From positions 31,889-95,888 of the forward strand of contig JBIJDH010000025.1 in assembly GCA_044344255.1 (NCBI GenBank): 64,000 bases of DNA, written 5' to 3'. The notes beneath the pieces were generated by a model. It did no database searches, was not told the origin of the DNA, and saw only the letters and a program-made list of their open reading frames with translations. Positions 17,574-27,342 of this stretch are shown here, in pieces (position 1 is the stretch's first letter; each line of letters opens with the position of its first letter). A program made the position numbers and the translations under genes. Source of the DNA: Myxococcota bacterium. Lineage in GTDB: Bacteria; Myxococcota_A; UBA796; UBA2385.

Positions 17574-19895
17574 ATGGCCGCTCGGAGACGCGCCGCCATG
17601 CACCGCTGGTCCAACCCCTCGACAACCTGGGCTCCCGCCCTGTCCCTCCTCCTTACGCTCGCCTCCTGCGCGGGCGGCAAGGGCACGGAGCCCGAGGCCA
17701 CCGATGAGGGCGGCGAGCCCACCTTCATCGACGATGACCGGGATGGCTTCGGCGCCGAGGAGGACTGTAACGACACCGACTCCGCGGTCCACTCGGGCGC
17801 CGCCGAGCTCTGCGACGGCATCGACAACAACTGCGACGGCGTGGTCGACGAGGGCGTCACCACCCTCTGGTACGCCGACGAAGACGGCGATGGCTTCGGC
17901 GACGTCGAGGCTGCGGAGGAGGCCTGCAGCATGCCCGAGGGCGCGGTCACCAACGCCTCGGACTGCGACGACGGCGACGAGAGCGTCTATCCCGGGGCCT
18001 TCGAGATCTGCGACGGGCTCGACAACGACTGTGACGGCGAGGCCGACGACGGCGAGCGCGCCACCTGGTACGCCGACGCCGACGGGGACGGCTGGGGCGA
18101 CGCCGGCTCCAGCGTCGAGTCCTGTGACGAGCCCGAGGGCTACGTCCTGGACGACGGGGACTGCAACGACGCCTCCGCCGAGGCCTACCCGGGGCACGTC
18201 GAGGTCTGTGACGAGATCGACAACGACTGCGACACCGTCGTCGACGAGGAGGTCACGCTCACCTGGTATGAGGACCGAGACGGTGATGACTGGGGCGTGC
18301 TCGACTCCACCACCGAGGCCTGCGCGCGGCCCACGGGCTACGCCGAGGAAGCGGGTGACTGCGACGATGATGACCCCGCGTATCACCCGTACGCCGACGA
18401 GAGCGACTGCACCGATCCCCACGACTACAACTGTGATGGGAGCGTCGGCTACGCCGATGACGACGCCGACGGCTGGGCCGCCTGCGTGGAGTGTGACGAC
18501 GACGACGCCCTCGTCAACCCGGACGCCCTCGAGATCTGCAACACCATCGACGACGACTGTGACGCCCTCATCGATGACGCCGATCCCGACGCTGACCTCA
18601 GCACCGGCAGCGCCTGGTACGGAGACGCCGACCGCGATGGCTTCGGCCTCGCCACCGACGCGCTCATTCAGTGTGAGGCGCCCACTGGCTATGTCTCCGA
18701 TGATAACGACTGCGATGACGACGACAGCTTCGTCAACCCCGACGCCGTCGAGGTCTGTAACGGCTACGACGACGACTGCGACGCCCTCGTGGACGACGCC
18801 GACAGCGACGTCGATCTGAGCACTGGCTCCACCTGGTACCGCGACAGCGACGGCGATGGGTATGGCGCGCTCGGCCTCACGGCGGTGACCTGCGACGAGC
18901 CCTCTGGCTACACGAGCTCGTCCACCGACTGCGACGACACGAGCGCGGCCGTGCGCCCCGGCGCCACGGAGGTCTGTAACGGGATCGACGATGACTGCGA
19001 CGGGCTGACCGACGACGCCGACGCTGGCCTCGACCTCAGCACCGGCCTCACCTGGTACCGAGATGTCGATGGGGACGGCTTCGGCGACGCCGCCAGCAGC
19101 AAACGATCCTGCCTCCAGCCTACGGGCTACGTCTCTACCGCGACCGACTGCAACGACGCCTCCTCGGCCATCCGGCCCACGGCGACCGAGCTCTGCGACA
19201 GCGTCGACAACGACTGCGACGGCCTCATCGATGACGCCGACTCCAGCCTCAGCGCCGCCTCCACCACCACCTGGTACGTCGACAGCGACGGCGACGGCTA
19301 CGGGGCCAGCAGCGGCACCCGCAACACCTGCACCAAGCCAACCGGCTACTCGGCGGTGAGCACCGACTGCGCCGACTCCGTGGTGACCATCCACCCCGGA
19401 GCCATCGAGCTCTGCGACGCGCTCGACAATGACTGTGACATCGCCATCGACGAGGGCATGGTCGACACAGACGGCGACGGCACCTGCGACAGCCTCGACA
19501 CCGAGTCCTGCGACGGCCGCGACAACGACGGCGACGGCTCCTCGGACGAGGGGCTCACCTGCACCTACAAGCTCGTGCAGAGCGACCTGTCGAGCGGCCT
19601 CTGCGTGGACGATGACCTCTACGTGAATCAGAACGGCTCCCGTATCTACACGGACACCTCCTGGGGCGCCCAGTGTGGGCACACCGTCACCTTCAACGCC
19701 ACCCCCGGGGACAGCCTCGCGATGTGGGCGGTGGACTCCGTGGGCGGCTGTCGAAACATGAGCGACGTCTACATCGTGCTCGTCGCCACGGGCGCCGGGC
19801 AGAAGCTCGCGACCGGCTACACGAACACCTGCGGGCACGGGGCCTCGTCGTCGGCCTTCTGGAGCGCGACCGTCTCCGTGCCGGGCGCATTCTGA
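17574..19895 (+). CDS. lipoprotein with ~10 tandem Cys/Asp-rich 'putative metal-binding motif' (MopE-like) modules and a C-terminal beta-rich domain
   Basis: Start at ATG 17574 in track ORF 17292..19895. Lipobox LTLASC. Repeated W-Y-x-D-x-D-G-D-G-[FYW]-G ... D-C-[DN]-D ... P-G-A-x-E-x-C-D-G-x-D-N-D-C-D-G units. Confidence 0.85.
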   Translation: MAARRRAAMHRWSNPSTTWAPALSLLLTLASCAGGKGTEPEATDEGGEPTFIDDDRDGFGAEEDCNDTDSAVHSGAAELCDGIDNNCDGVVDEGVTTLWYADEDGDGFGDVEAAEEACSMPEGAVTNASDCDDGDESVYPGAFEICDGLDNDCDGEADDGERATWYADADGDGWGDAGSSVESCDEPEGYVLDDGDCNDASAEAYPGHVEVCDEIDNDCDTVVDEEVTLTWYEDRDGDDWGVLDSTTEACARPTGYAEEAGDCDDDDPAYHPYADESDCTDPHDYNCDGSVGYADDDADGWAACVECDDDDALVNPDALEICNTIDDDCDALIDDADPDADLSTGSAWYGDADRDGFGLATDALIQCEAPTGYVSDDNDCDDDDSFVNPDAVEVCNGYDDDCDALVDDADSDVDLSTGSTWYRDSDGDGYGALGLTAVTCDEPSGYTSSSTDCDDTSAAVRPGATEVCNGIDDDCDGLTDDADAGLDLSTGLTWYRDVDGDGFGDAASSKRSCLQPTGYVSTATDCNDASSAIRPTATELCDSVDNDCDGLIDDADSSLSAASTTTWYVDSDGDGYGASSGTRNTCTKPTGYSAVSTDCADSVVTIHPGAIELCDALDNDCDIAIDEGMVDTDGDGTCDSLDTESCDGRDNDGDGSSDEGLTCTYKLVQSDLSSGLCVDDDLYVNQNGSRIYTDTSWGAQCGHTVTFNATPGDSLAMWAVDSVGGCRNMSDVYIVLVATGAGQKLATGYTNTCGHGASSSAFWSATVSVPGAF

Positions 19896-19898
19896 GCG

Positions 19899-21959
19899 AT
19901 GCGACACGCGGCCATCTGGCTCACGCTTTGCGGCCTCTCCGGCTGCGGCGGAGCGGCGACCGACAAGGGCGGCGCCGGTTCGGACGACGGGTCGAGCGAC
20001 GGGTCGGACGGCGGGGCGGACAGCGGCGCGCCGGGGGACAGCGGCGCGCCGGACCCCTCGGCCTGCGAGGACGTGAGCCGTCCGCCCCTCTCGCCCTCGA
20101 CCTGGGTGGAGGGCGGTGACATCCCGGGCGGTGGGGTCTGGAGCATCGTCCAGGGGCCGGGGGGTGTGCCCCTCTACGCGGGCTCTCACAACTCCGGCCT
20201 CTGGTCGTCCGTCGACGGGGGAGAGACCTGGCTCAGGGGCCTCGTCCGCAGCACCCACACCCTCGCCGAGCTCGCCCTGTCGCCCGACGACCCCTCGCGG
20301 GTCTATCGCTCCTCCGGCGGCGTCCTCGAGCGCAGCGACGACGGCGGCCTGTCCTGGACGGTCCTCCCGCTCGGGGGCGTCAGCGAGACCGCCGCCGAGG
20401 AGGTCTATGCGCTCGCGGTGGCGCCTTATGACGCTCGGCGGGTCTATGGGGTGCTGAGCACGGGCGGGGCCTACCGGTCCACCGACGCCGGAGACTCTTT
20501 TGAGCTCCAGGGCGCGCTGCCGGTGCTGGTCGACGTCGGAGCGGGCGACCCCTTCCTCAACCACGACTGGCACCTGCTCCCCGACGTTGAGGCCGGAGGT
20601 CGGGTCCTCTTCGCCGACGGCGACATGGTGCAGGTGTCCGACGACGGGATGGTGAGCTGGGGCTGGACGCTCGTGGGCACGGTCGGCCTCGGTGGCCGCT
20701 CCCTCCGCCGCGATCCGCTCGACCCTGACCACATCCTCATCGGGGCCGAGGATGGGCTCTACGAGTCCTTCGATGAGGGCGACACCTGGGCGCGCCGCGA
20801 TGAGCTCGGCCCCGCCTTGCAGATGGGCGCCTGGGCGGAGGACGGCAGCTGGCTCGCGTACGCCTCTGCGGACACGCTCTACGTCTCGACCGACTCCGGT
20901 GCGACCTGGGTGGCGCGCGCCCTGGACTGGCCCATGGTGGAGGCGCTCGCGATCGTCGGCGATCGGTTGATCCTGTCCTGGAATGACGGCCTCGTCTCCT
21001 CCGACGACGGGGGCCTCACCTGGTCGGACGACGACGAGGGGCTCACCGATCCCGGCATGGCGGTCCTCGCGCCGCACCCGGTCTGCGCGAACCGCCTGTT
21101 CGCCGCCAGCCGCTGCTCGGGCGGGGTGTATCGTTCAGACGACTACGGCTCGACCTGGAGCCACGTGGAGGCCTACTTCCACTACGTGATGGGCCTTCAC
21201 TTTGACCCTCAGGACCCGGAGACCGTCTGGGCGATCTCCGACGACAGTCTGCTGGTCTCTCGTGACGGCGGCAGCTCCTGGAGCCAGGCGGTGCGGAAGT
21301 ACCACTTCCACGGCTTCGCCGTCCACCCCGATGACTCAGACACGCTGCTGCTCGGCAGCGTCGGCAGCGGCGAGTGGGCAGACGACACGATGCGGGTCTA
21401 CCGAACGGAGGACGGCGGCGAGTCCTGGACGGACGCGAGCGCCGGGTTGCCGACCTCGGAGGCCTCCGCCCATACGCTGCTCTACTGGCCCGACAACCCG
21501 GAAGTGGTGCTGCTCGGCACCTACAAGGGGGAGGATCCTTCACACTTCTCCGGGTTCGGCGTCGGGTTGTTCCGCTCCGAGGACGGCGGTCAGAGCTGGA
21601 CCGAGAGCCCCCTGCCGGCGGTGGACGTCGCCTGGCTCTCTCCCTGTCCCGGCGGCGTGGTGGCCACCACCGAGGATGGGCTCTATCGCTCGCGCGACGA
21701 GGGGCGGAGCTGGGAGCGCCTCCTGGGGCCGGAGGGGCTGCTCCTCTCGGCCGACTTCGCGGGGGAGCTCGGCCTCACGCTCGGGCAGGACGGGCGGGTG
21801 TGGCGCAGCGATGATGGGGGAGACACCTGGGCCCGCTTCGACATCGGGCTCACCTCGAACCCGACCTCCTTCCTGGCCTCGATCGCCATCTCGGCCGATG
21901 GTGAGACCGCCTGGGTCACGGTCTTCGACGACGGGGTCTATCGGATCGCCCTGGAGTGA
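19899..21959 (+). CDS. BNR/sortilin-type beta-propeller lipoprotein (Ycf48/GH74-like repeats)
   Basis: Lipobox LCGLSGC, followed by an Asp/Ser/Gly linker. Multiple S-x-D-x-G-x-[TS]-W repeats (SVDGGETW, SDDGGLSW, STDSGATW, SDDGGLTW, SDDYGSTW, SRDGGSSW, TEDGGESW, SEDGGQSW, SRDEGRSW, SDDGGDTW). Confidence 0.8.
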   Translation: MRHAAIWLTLCGLSGCGGAATDKGGAGSDDGSSDGSDGGADSGAPGDSGAPDPSACEDVSRPPLSPSTWVEGGDIPGGGVWSIVQGPGGVPLYAGSHNSGLWSSVDGGETWLRGLVRSTHTLAELALSPDDPSRVYRSSGGVLERSDDGGLSWTVLPLGGVSETAAEEVYALAVAPYDARRVYGVLSTGGAYRSTDAGDSFELQGALPVLVDVGAGDPFLNHDWHLLPDVEAGGRVLFADGDMVQVSDDGMVSWGWTLVGTVGLGGRSLRRDPLDPDHILIGAEDGLYESFDEGDTWARRDELGPALQMGAWAEDGSWLAYASADTLYVSTDSGATWVARALDWPMVEALAIVGDRLILSWNDGLVSSDDGGLTWSDDDEGLTDPGMAVLAPHPVCANRLFAASRCSGGVYRSDDYGSTWSHVEAYFHYVMGLHFDPQDPETVWAISDDSLLVSRDGGSSWSQAVRKYHFHGFAVHPDDSDTLLLGSVGSGEWADDTMRVYRTEDGGESWTDASAGLPTSEASAHTLLYWPDNPEVVLLGTYKGEDPSHFSGFGVGLFRSEDGGQSWTESPLPAVDVAWLSPCPGGVVATTEDGLYRSRDEGRSWERLLGPEGLLLSADFAGELGLTLGQDGRVWRSDDGGDTWARFDIGLTSNPTSFLASIAISADGETAWVTVFDDGVYRIALE

Positions 21960-21991
21960 CCGTCGAAGTGGGCCGGCCCGTCGCTCGGGCC

Positions 21992-23500
21992 TCAGGGGGT
22001 GTGGAGGTCGAGGAGGTAGACCCGCCCCGCGTAGAGGCCCCCGCTGTTGTTCCAGCGGGCGCCTACGGCGAGGCGGTCGAGGCCGAAGAGGCTGATCGCG
22101 CTCGCGAGGTTGTCGGCGTCGGCCTCCGCGTCGAGGGTGGCGGAGGCGGCGTCGACGGTGAGGGTCCCCGGAGACCAGGGGCCCTCCCAGAGATAGGCGG
22201 CGCCGCCCTCGTAGCGGCGTCGATCGCTGGAGGGGGCGCCGATGAGGAGCTCGAGCTCGCCGTCCCCGTCGAGGTCGATCGGGGCGTGCAGGCTGGCGCC
22301 GAAGAGGTCGCCGGTGGCCTCTCCCACGAAGGTGGTGCGGGCGAGCTGGTCGATGCGACCCTCGAGGAGGGGGCCGGAGAGGAGGTAGACCCGGCCCGCC
22401 TCTTGGCCGTCCGCGGAGACGAGCAGGTCGTCGTAGCCGTCGTGATCGAGGTCTCCGGGCTCGGTGATCGGGGTCCCGGCGTAGCTGCCCATCGCCGGGC
22501 CGTGGAGGCGGACGTCGGCGTCGGCGACCCCGCCGGGGCCCGGGGCGAGCGGGCCCTCCCAGACGAAGACCCCGCCCGTGTTGGGGCCCAGCTCGACGTC
22601 GCCGCTCGCCCCGAGGGCGAGGTCGGTGAGGCCATCCCCGCTCCAGTCCGACCGCCCGGCGAGGGACTGGCCGATCGCGTCCCCCGAGCCATAGGCCCCG
22701 TGCGGGGGGGGCGCGGCGGCGGGAGGGGCGGCCCCGGTGAGCGCCGCGGTTGAGCCGCCGGAGAGGGCGGCCCAGGCGCTCGTGATCGAGCGGGCGCCGG
22801 CCTCGACCGGCCCCGCGACGAGGTAGGCGCGGCCCCCGCCGGCCCCCCCGTTGTCATTGCCGGGCGCCCCGAAGAGGAGGTCGCCCTGGCCGTCGCCGGT
22901 GAGGTCGCCGGTGGGGGCGAGGGCGGCGCCGAGGTAGTCGCCCGCGTCCTCGCCCGTCCAGGTGGCGAAGCTGTCGGCCAGCGGGGTGTCCGGCGCCCCT
23001 GCCGGGACGGGCCCGCTCACGAGGTAGACCTTCCCGCTGTTACCGCCCGCCTCCCGGTTGGCGATGGCGCCGATGAGCAGGTCATCGTAGGCGTCGCCGC
23101 TGCGGTCGTCGGTGCCGGCGGTGGCGTAGCCGGCGTAGTCGTACTCCACCTCCCCCTGAAGGGTGCCGAGGGGCCCGAGGTCCGCCCCGGACCAGAGGGT
23201 GGCTCGGTTGCCGAGGGGGCCCGAGACGACAAGATCGGTGAGGCCGTCGCCGTCGAGGTCAGCCCCCCCGTCGAGGCAGCCGCCGGCGCTGTCACCGTCC
23301 GTCCCGTCGAGCACGGCGAAGGGCTCGAGGTTCTGGCCCGGCGTCGGCCCGCCGCTGTCGTCCCCCTCGCCGCCTTCGCCGCCGCCCTCGCCGCCGGGCT
23401 TGCCCGAGAGCCCGGACTCCCCGTCGCAGGCGCCGAGCAGGAGGGGCAGGAGGGGCAGGAGGGGCAGGCGGCGGCGACGTCGGGCGGGGAGGGGGCGCAT
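21992..23500 (-). CDS. FG-GAP (integrin-alpha-like) repeat lipoprotein
   Basis: Lipobox LLLGAC. Repeated D-x-D-G-D-G-x-x-D-L blocks (DLDGDGLTDLVV, DLTGDGQGDLLFGAP, DWSGDGLTDLALGA, DLDHDGYDDLLVSA, DLDGDGELELLIGAP) alternating with G-x-x-Y-L-[VL] strands. Confidence 0.8.
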   Translation of the reverse strand: MRPLPARRRRRLPLLPLLPLLLGACDGESGLSGKPGGEGGGEGGEGDDSGGPTPGQNLEPFAVLDGTDGDSAGGCLDGGADLDGDGLTDLVVSGPLGNRATLWSGADLGPLGTLQGEVEYDYAGYATAGTDDRSGDAYDDLLIGAIANREAGGNSGKVYLVSGPVPAGAPDTPLADSFATWTGEDAGDYLGAALAPTGDLTGDGQGDLLFGAPGNDNGGAGGGRAYLVAGPVEAGARSITSAWAALSGGSTAALTGAAPPAAAPPPHGAYGSGDAIGQSLAGRSDWSGDGLTDLALGASGDVELGPNTGGVFVWEGPLAPGPGGVADADVRLHGPAMGSYAGTPITEPGDLDHDGYDDLLVSADGQEAGRVYLLSGPLLEGRIDQLARTTFVGEATGDLFGASLHAPIDLDGDGELELLIGAPSSDRRRYEGGAAYLWEGPWSPGTLTVDAASATLDAEADADNLASAISLFGLDRLAVGARWNNSGGLYAGRVYLLDLHTP

Positions 23501-23582
23501 CGCCGTCCCTTAACGGGGGAGGCGCGCACGCCGCCCGTTCGCGGGGTCGCCGCTGCCCCGGGCGGGGATAGGGCCCTGGGTC

Positions 23583-25094
23583 ATGAGCACAGACTGCGAC
23601 GTCCTGGTGATCGGCGCGGGCATGGGCGGCCTCGGCGCGGCGCTGTCCCTGGCCGAGGCGGGCGTGCGGGTCTCCCTGTCGGAGGCCCTCGCCTACCCCG
23701 GCGGTTGCGCCTCCACCTTTCAACGACGGGGCTACCGCTTCGAGGCCGGGGCCACCCTGTCTTCGGGCTTGGGCGCAGATCAGCTCTTTGGCCGGTGGAT
23801 CGATCGGTATCAGCTCCCGGTGCGGGTCGAGTGGATGGACCCCCTCGTCGAGCTGCGAACGCCAGACCTTCGGCTGCCCGTGCTCCGCGATCGCGCCGCG
23901 TTCCAGGCCTCGCTGGCTGCGCTGCCGGGGGCGCCGGTCGAGGCGCTGCGCTCGTTCTTCGCCGATCAGCGGGCCGTCGCCGACACCCTCTGGCAGCTCT
24001 TCGACGATCCGGCGCTGCTCCCGCCCCTCTCGGCGGAGAGCCTCCTCCAGCACCTGCGCCGCCTCCCTCGGTACCTGCCCCTGCTCGGCCTCGTCGGCCG
24101 CCCGCTCTCGGCGGTGCTGGCGCGGTACGGCCTCGACCGCTGGCCCCCGCTGCGCAGCTACCTCGAGGGCCTGTGTCAGATCACGGTGCAGTGCGGGGTG
24201 GACGAGGCCGAGGCGCCCTTCGCGATGGCGGCGATGGACTACTACTGGCGCGGGACCGGGCATATCTGTGGGGGGATCGGCGCGTTGGCGGTGGGGTTGG
24301 TCGCCGCGCTCCGGGGCCTCGGGGCGGATGTCCGAATGGCCGACCGGGTGACCGCGCTGCGGTGGTCGGGCGACCACTGGCGCGTCCAGAGCCGCTCGGG
24401 CGAGCGGCGGGCGCGGCGGGTGGTGGCCAACCTCCTGCCCGGAGATCTCGGCCGGCTGCTCGCTCCGGAGGGCCCGGGCGAAAGCGCGGCGTCCCCTTGG
24501 CCGTGGGCGTCGTCGCTCTCGGAGCGGCAAGCCTCGGTCTCCCGAGGCTGGGGTGCGGTGATGCTCTATCGGGTGGTCCGCGCCCCGCCCGGCTCGGCCC
24601 ACCACCTCGACCTCTGTCTCGACCCTCAGGCGCCGTGGACGGAGGGAAATCACGTCTTCGTCTCGCTCTCCGGGGCTGAAGATGCCCGCGGGGAGCGCCC
24701 CGGTGAGCGGGTCCTCACGGCCTCCACCCACGTCGCCCTCGAGCGCCTCCGCGAGACCGATGCGGCTCCTGAGGTGGAGCGGATCCAGGCCGCGATGCGC
24801 CGCACGGTCCGGGAGCTGGCGCCGGAGCTCGAGGAGGTGGCCTTCGAGATGACGGCCTCTCCCCGCACCTTCGCGCGCTTCACTCGGCGCGCGGAGGGCG
24901 CCGTGGGGGGGGTGCCCCGTCGGGCGGGCCTCGCCGCGTACGCCCAGCTCGGGCCGGTCTCACCCCGTCCGGGGCTCTGGCTGGTGGGCGACTCGGTCTT
25001 CCCCGGCCAGAGCACCTTCGCCACCGCGGTCGGCGGCACGAGGGTGGCCGCCGCGATCCTCCGAGCCGGGTTTGGCGGAGCGGGAGCGGGATGA
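23583..25094 (+). CDS. FAD-dependent oxidoreductase, phytoene desaturase (CrtI/CrtD) family
   Basis: N-terminal Rossmann motif DVLVIGAGMGGLGAALSLAEAG. GGCASTF is present. C-terminal LWLVGDSVFPGQS is typical of the CrtI family. Confidence 0.85.
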   Translation: MSTDCDVLVIGAGMGGLGAALSLAEAGVRVSLSEALAYPGGCASTFQRRGYRFEAGATLSSGLGADQLFGRWIDRYQLPVRVEWMDPLVELRTPDLRLPVLRDRAAFQASLAALPGAPVEALRSFFADQRAVADTLWQLFDDPALLPPLSAESLLQHLRRLPRYLPLLGLVGRPLSAVLARYGLDRWPPLRSYLEGLCQITVQCGVDEAEAPFAMAAMDYYWRGTGHICGGIGALAVGLVAALRGLGADVRMADRVTALRWSGDHWRVQSRSGERRARRVVANLLPGDLGRLLAPEGPGESAASPWPWASSLSERQASVSRGWGAVMLYRVVRAPPGSAHHLDLCLDPQAPWTEGNHVFVSLSGAEDARGERPGERVLTASTHVALERLRETDAAPEVERIQAAMRRTVRELAPELEEVAFEMTASPRTFARFTRRAEGAVGGVPRRAGLAAYAQLGPVSPRPGLWLVGDSVFPGQSTFATAVGGTRVAAAILRAGFGGAGAG

Positions 25095-25168
25095 ACGACC
25101 GCGTTGGGGCGACGCTCCGGTCGATGGTGCCGCGGACTTCGGGTAGAGTGCGGGGGAACGAGGTCGCC

Positions 25169-27310
25169 ATGTCTCCCCGCGCGCGTCGCCTGCACCTGCT
25201 CCTCGCGATCGCCCTCGGGTCTAGCGGCCTCGCGGGATGCATTGAGAACGGGCTCAGCCCCAAGTTCTTCCCGAACGCGCCCGCCGACACCGCCACCTCG
25301 AGCACCGACAGCGGCATCCCCACCGACACCGCCCTCACGGCGGACTGCCCCGAGGGCGACGGCCTCGCGACCTCGGTGTCCTTCGATGAGAGCTGCCAGC
25401 ATGAGGCGGTCAGCGGGCCCTTGGAGGCGGTGGTCGAGTGGTCCTTCGACGTCTTCGGAAACTACGGGGAGTACAACGAGCTGCTCGGCACCCCGGTGGT
25501 CGGGCAGCTCTCAGATGACAACCTCGACGGCTTCATCGACGAGCAGGACATCCCCGACATCGTCTTCGTGGCCGATGATCACGGCACCCACAACCATCGG
25601 AAGGGCATCCTCCGCGTCATTCAGGGGGACGGGCTGAATTATGGCTCGGCCATCGCCGAGGCCGTCTCCGATGGCTGGCAGGTCTATCCCTATCGGTACT
25701 CGAACACCGCGATTGGAGACATCGACAACGACGGTGTGACCGAGATCGTCATCATCTCGCAGGTCATCGCCGACACCGGCGGCGGAGATGGCGGCGGGGA
25801 CGGCGGCGGCGGGGGCAGCGACACCGCTCCCCCGGCCGACGGCGGCGGAGACGGCGGCCCGCCCGGGGGCGGAGACACCGGCGGCTCCACCGACAACCCG
25901 GTCGGCCCGCCGCCCCCCTTGGACGAGGGGCTCACGTGTCGGCTCTCGGCCTGGAACGCGTCGGGGGAGCTCGAGTGGCTCGCAGACGCCGTCGAGCTCA
26001 CCTGCTCGGGCCACGCCCCCTCGATCGCTGATCTGGACGGGGACGGCGCGGTGGAGGTGGTGGTCGGCCCCTACATCTTTGACGGCGCCACCGGGGCGAT
26101 CGAGGCCCAGGGCGCCGAGGGGCAGGGCTTCTACCCCTCCAACCTCGAGACGGGCATGCACTCCGTGGTGGCTGACCTCGACATGGACGGCGCCCAGGAG
26201 GTCATCGCCGGGCCCACCCGCTACGACGCGACCGGGGCCGTGATCTGCACGGCCGCCGGAGTAGACGACGGCTTCGTGGCGGTCGCCGACTTTGACCTCG
26301 ATGGGGCGGGCGAGTGGGTGGTCACCGCGAACGGCCAGGTGACCGTGATGGACACCGACTGCTCGGTGATGGCCGTCTGGGCCCTGTCCGGCGGGGGGAA
26401 CGGCGGGCCGCCCACGGTCGCAGACTTCGACGCCGATCTCGCCCCCGAGATCGGCATCGCCGACGCCGGCGCCTACGCCGTCTATGAGCCCAGCGGCGCG
26501 CTCCTGTGGTCGATGCCGGTCACCGACGCCTCCTCGCACACGACCGGCTCCTCCGTGTTCGACTTCGAGGGCGACGGCTACCCCGAGGTGGTCTACGCCG
26601 ACGAGACGCGGCTCTGGGTGTTCGCTGGCGGCACCGGTGAGGTGCGGCTGGAGGACGATCGCCACGCCAGCCGCACGCTCCACGAGTACCCCACCATCGT
26701 CGACGTCGATCGCGACGGCTCCTCGGAGATCGTGGTGCCCAACGGCGGCGGTCACCAGGACGAGGGCCTGACCGGCCTCTACATCCTCGGGCCTGCGTTC
26801 GGCTCCTGGAACATGAGTCGACAGGTCTGGAACCAGCATGCGTACAGCATCACCAACATCAACGAAGACTTGAGCGTCCCTGCGCACCCGGTCAGCAACT
26901 GGCCCACCCACAACAATTTCCGCAGCGGCGATCTCACCCCGCCCTCTGGCAGCGCGCAGCCGGACGCCGTCCCCCTCGCCGAGGTCTGCGTCGAGAGCTG
27001 CGGCGCGGGCACCTTCCTGGTCAACCTCCGCCTCGGCAACTCCGGCGCCGGCGGTCTGCGGGGGGAGCTGCCGGTCTCGATCTACAACGAGCGCGCCGAC
27101 GGGCTGCGCACGTTGATCACCACGGTCTGGACGACCGACTCGGCCGACAAGGGGCACGTGACCTCGCTCGTCACGGTCGAGATCGACGTCGCCTCCGTCC
27201 CCGACGGCACGCTCGTCTTTGTCGCCGACGACTTCGAGGGGCAGAGCTGGGTGTCGGAGTGCCGAGAGGACAACAACGAGCAGCGGGTCGAGGGCGTCGT
27301 CTGCCCCTGA
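25169..27310 (+). CDS. FG-GAP/VCBS repeat lipoprotein with low-complexity Gly/Asp/Pro insert
   Basis: Start at ATG 25169 (MSPRARRLHLLLAIALGSSGLAGC) in track ORF 25091..27310. Repeats include GDIDNDGVTEIV, ADLDGDGAVEVV, ADLDMDGAQEVI, ADFDLDGAGEWV, ADFDADLAPEIG, FDFEGDGYPEVV, VDVDRDGSSEIV. Confidence 0.8.
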   Translation: MSPRARRLHLLLAIALGSSGLAGCIENGLSPKFFPNAPADTATSSTDSGIPTDTALTADCPEGDGLATSVSFDESCQHEAVSGPLEAVVEWSFDVFGNYGEYNELLGTPVVGQLSDDNLDGFIDEQDIPDIVFVADDHGTHNHRKGILRVIQGDGLNYGSAIAEAVSDGWQVYPYRYSNTAIGDIDNDGVTEIVIISQVIADTGGGDGGGDGGGGGSDTAPPADGGGDGGPPGGGDTGGSTDNPVGPPPPLDEGLTCRLSAWNASGELEWLADAVELTCSGHAPSIADLDGDGAVEVVVGPYIFDGATGAIEAQGAEGQGFYPSNLETGMHSVVADLDMDGAQEVIAGPTRYDATGAVICTAAGVDDGFVAVADFDLDGAGEWVVTANGQVTVMDTDCSVMAVWALSGGGNGGPPTVADFDADLAPEIGIADAGAYAVYEPSGALLWSMPVTDASSHTTGSSVFDFEGDGYPEVVYADETRLWVFAGGTGEVRLEDDRHASRTLHEYPTIVDVDRDGSSEIVVPNGGGHQDEGLTGLYILGPAFGSWNMSRQVWNQHAYSITNINEDLSVPAHPVSNWPTHNNFRSGDLTPPSGSAQPDAVPLAEVCVESCGAGTFLVNLRLGNSGAGGLRGELPVSIYNERADGLRTLITTVWTTDSADKGHVTSLVTVEIDVASVPDGTLVFVADDFEGQSWVSECREDNNEQRVEGVVCP

Positions 27311-27342
27311 GGGGCGGGCCTCTCGACTACCCTCAACTACCC

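Noticed and set aside
17334-21077. 1247-aa minus-strand ORF, together with other giant ORFs antisense to well-supported genes: 46316..50554 (+), 47532..50198 (-), 32286..34778 (-), 58421..61123 (-), 14846..16798 (-), 361..2193 (-), 3512..5260 (-), 7612..9321 (-), 41053..42906 (-), 55851..57995 (-), 61204..63255 (-).
   Set aside because: They lie opposite genes with clear family motifs. Their translations are Arg/Gly/Pro/Ala-rich low-complexity strings without motifs. Stop-free antisense frames are expected at this GC content, so these are shadow ORFs.
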